Below, one piece after another: positions 15,902-17,231 of a DNA stretch of 17,231 nt. The notes below the pieces were generated by a model. The model worked only from the letters and a program-made list of their open reading frames with translations, was not told the DNA's origin and did not search any database. The stretch is from Planctomycetota bacterium (GTDB lineage Bacteria; Planctomycetota; SZUA-567; JAFGGJ01): NCBI GenBank assembly GCA_016930595.1, contig JAFGGJ010000064.1, positions 1 through 17,231 on the forward strand. The letters run 5' to 3'. Each line of letters starts with the position of its first letter. Positions within the stretch are counted from its first letter, which is position 1. A program made the translations under genes and the position numbers.

Positions 15902-16714
15902 ATGCTCGAAACGAACGAAACATTCTGGATGAGGCTGGAGGGGCGATCGAGCGTACATGCCCTGGATGCGGCCATTGGCTACATAAGGCAAAATCCGATG
16001 CGTGTACTTGGAGCCTATGTGCTGGCAAACACGCCACTGGCCCTTGCAGTGGCCGTGTCGCTGAACGAAGTGACGGCCGGGCACAGGTCCGGGCTGGCTT
16101 TTTCCTGCCTGCTTCTGACGGTCTCCACGCTGTGGCGGTGGGCGATACTTGCGGTCATGCAGCGGCGGATACAGGAAGACATCACGGGAAGCCCCCCTGC
16201 TCCGCTCCGCAGGCATCTCGGGCGGATAATCATTGTGAAGCTGGCGGCGAACACAGCCATGACATGGGGCAGCCTGGCAATCATACCGGCCTTTTACGGG
16301 TTTTTTCTTTCCGGATTTGCCGTACCACTTCTTCTGGAAAGCAACCGGAACACTTATTCGCTAATCAAGCAGTCGATAGCATGGCTGAACAACTCGAGGG
16401 GCAGGCTGGCGAAGCTGAGCGGTGCGCTCATGCTGCAGTTTTTCGCCGCCGTCATTGCGATACTGGTGCTGCAGCTTTTCTTTACGTCGCATGTTGTCGG
16501 ATCCCTGATGGGGCTCGACCCCACAGAACTGGCACTGACGGTATGGAGCCCGTTGTGGCTGATGTCGATGGGATTCTTTCTGTTTATGGCATTCGACTTC
16601 TACTGGACGGTCAGCGCCGTCATGCTTTTTTACGACCTGCAGGCAAGAAGACTGGGGACCGACCTGAGGGCCCGCATGCAGGCGTTAAGCGAGGAAACCA
16701 ATGAGACGGCTTGA
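15902..16714 (+). CDS. Polytopic integral membrane protein (about 6-7 TM helices), unknown function.
   Basis: 270 aa with multiple hydrophobic segments about 20 aa long. Tightly coupled to flanking genes (5-nt gap upstream, 14-nt overlap downstream). Confidence 0.65.
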   Translation: MLETNETFWMRLEGRSSVHALDAAIGYIRQNPMRVLGAYVLANTPLALAVAVSLNEVTAGHRSGLAFSCLLLTVSTLWRWAILAVMQRRIQEDITGSPPAPLRRHLGRIIIVKLAANTAMTWGSLAIIPAFYGFFLSGFAVPLLLESNRNTYSLIKQSIAWLNNSRGRLAKLSGALMLQFFAAVIAILVLQLFFTSHVVGSLMGLDPTELALTVWSPLWLMSMGFFLFMAFDFYWTVSAVMLFYDLQARRLGTDLRARMQALSEETNETA

Positions 16715-17231
16715 GACACTACTGGCAGCGGTGATACTCGCCAGTGCGGGGCTATTTGCCCGTGAAGGAGCGTCTGAACGCCCGCCGAAACACCCGGAAG
16801 ATCCTCGCGTTCATCTCGCCGACATCCTTGACCGCGAGATGTTCACCCGATGGAAACTCCGCGAAGAGCGAAAAGAAACCGCGGACGAGAAACCCGCAAT
16901 AGACATCAAAAAGATATTGGATGCGATAGACCGGCTTTTCGACAGACTTGCCGACTTATGGCCGAGATCGGACCGGCAGGCGGCTTCGCGATCGACCGGC
17001 GGACTGCTGATTACGGCTTTGCACACCCTTGGCTGGGTCATTGCCGTTGCTCTGGCGGCCATCATAAGTTACGTGGTCTACCGAGCGATACAGGGGCACC
17101 GCGCCCGCGCGCGGCCGGCCCGGATACTGAGTCAGGAGGAAATAGCCGCTGCACTGGAAGCCGGGGAAGCCCTTGCACTGAGCGGAACGCAGTGGCTCAG
17201 CCAAGCACACAAGCTTGCGGCCGGGGACGGC
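16701..17231 (+). CDS. Partial (3'-truncated by window end) bitopic membrane protein: N-terminal signal/anchor, soluble segment of about 80 aa, internal TM helix, then a basic cytoplasmic region. Possibly DUF4129-like.
   Basis: Open frame from ATG 16701 (GAGGAAACCA upstream) to the window end, so it is missing from the ORF track. N-terminal MRRLETLLAAVILASAGLFA, internal TM LLITALHTLGWVIAVALAAIISYVVY, then RAIQGHRARARPAR. Overlaps the previous gene by 14 nt. Confidence 0.5.
   Translation, partial: MRRLETLLAAVILASAGLFAREGASERPPKHPEDPRVHLADILDREMFTRWKLREERKETADEKPAIDIKKILDAIDRLFDRLADLWPRSDRQAASRSTGGLLITALHTLGWVIAVALAAIISYVVYRAIQGHRARARPARILSQEEIAAALEAGEALALSGTQWLSQAHKLAAGDG

Noticed and set aside
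1-17231. Search for tRNA/rRNA, CRISPR repeats, transposase/integrase genes or long terminal inverted repeats.
   Set aside because: No cloverleaf-like conserved tRNA motifs stand out in the short intergenic regions. There are no regularly spaced direct repeats and no ORF with transposase, integrase or nuclease motifs. Manual inspection cannot fully exclude small ncRNAs.

Overview
The window is high-GC bacterial DNA of about 60% GC. Codon usage is unusual for that GC content, with ATA the main isoleucine codon. Gene content suggests a carbohydrate-degrading PVC-superphylum organism (Kiritimatiellota, Lentisphaerota, Verrucomicrobiota or Planctomycetota). That taxonomic call is inference only. 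I see six transcription units: (1) A + strand Cys-type sulfatase (376-1773) with no signal peptide. (2) A - strand operon (6863 to 2009) of a uroporphyrinogen-decarboxylase-family (URO-D/MtaA-like) enzyme, a clan GH-A lipoprotein glycoside hydrolase and a second secreted glycoside-hydrolase-like protein. (3) A + strand NfeD/YqiJ-like membrane protein plus flotillin (SPFH) operon (6980-9185). (4) A + strand unit with a 974-aa secreted multidomain protein (9320-12241). It is followed in the same frame, after a single TAA, by a 335-aa ORF with no signal peptide and a weak RBS (12323-13330). (5) A - strand pair of a pfam12831-type FAD-dependent oxidoreductase and a small lipoprotein (15478 to 13429). 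(6) A + strand tightly coupled trio (15603 to window end): a zinc-ribbon protein with one TM helix, a polytopic membrane protein, and a partial bitopic membrane protein. I saw no rRNA, tRNA, CRISPR array, transposase or integrase. The many long reverse-strand ORFs (for example 1793-5830, 1345 aa) lie in the codon-complement frame of real genes. I read them as GC3-bias artefacts. The most interesting candidates are the URO-D plus GH operon, the large secreted protein with its in-frame downstream ORF, a shared promoter-like motif (CCTTGAC-N12/13-TGCAAGA) upstream of two operons, and the uncharacterised membrane trio at the 3' end. Every functional call rests on motifs I recognised by eye. No database search was possible.
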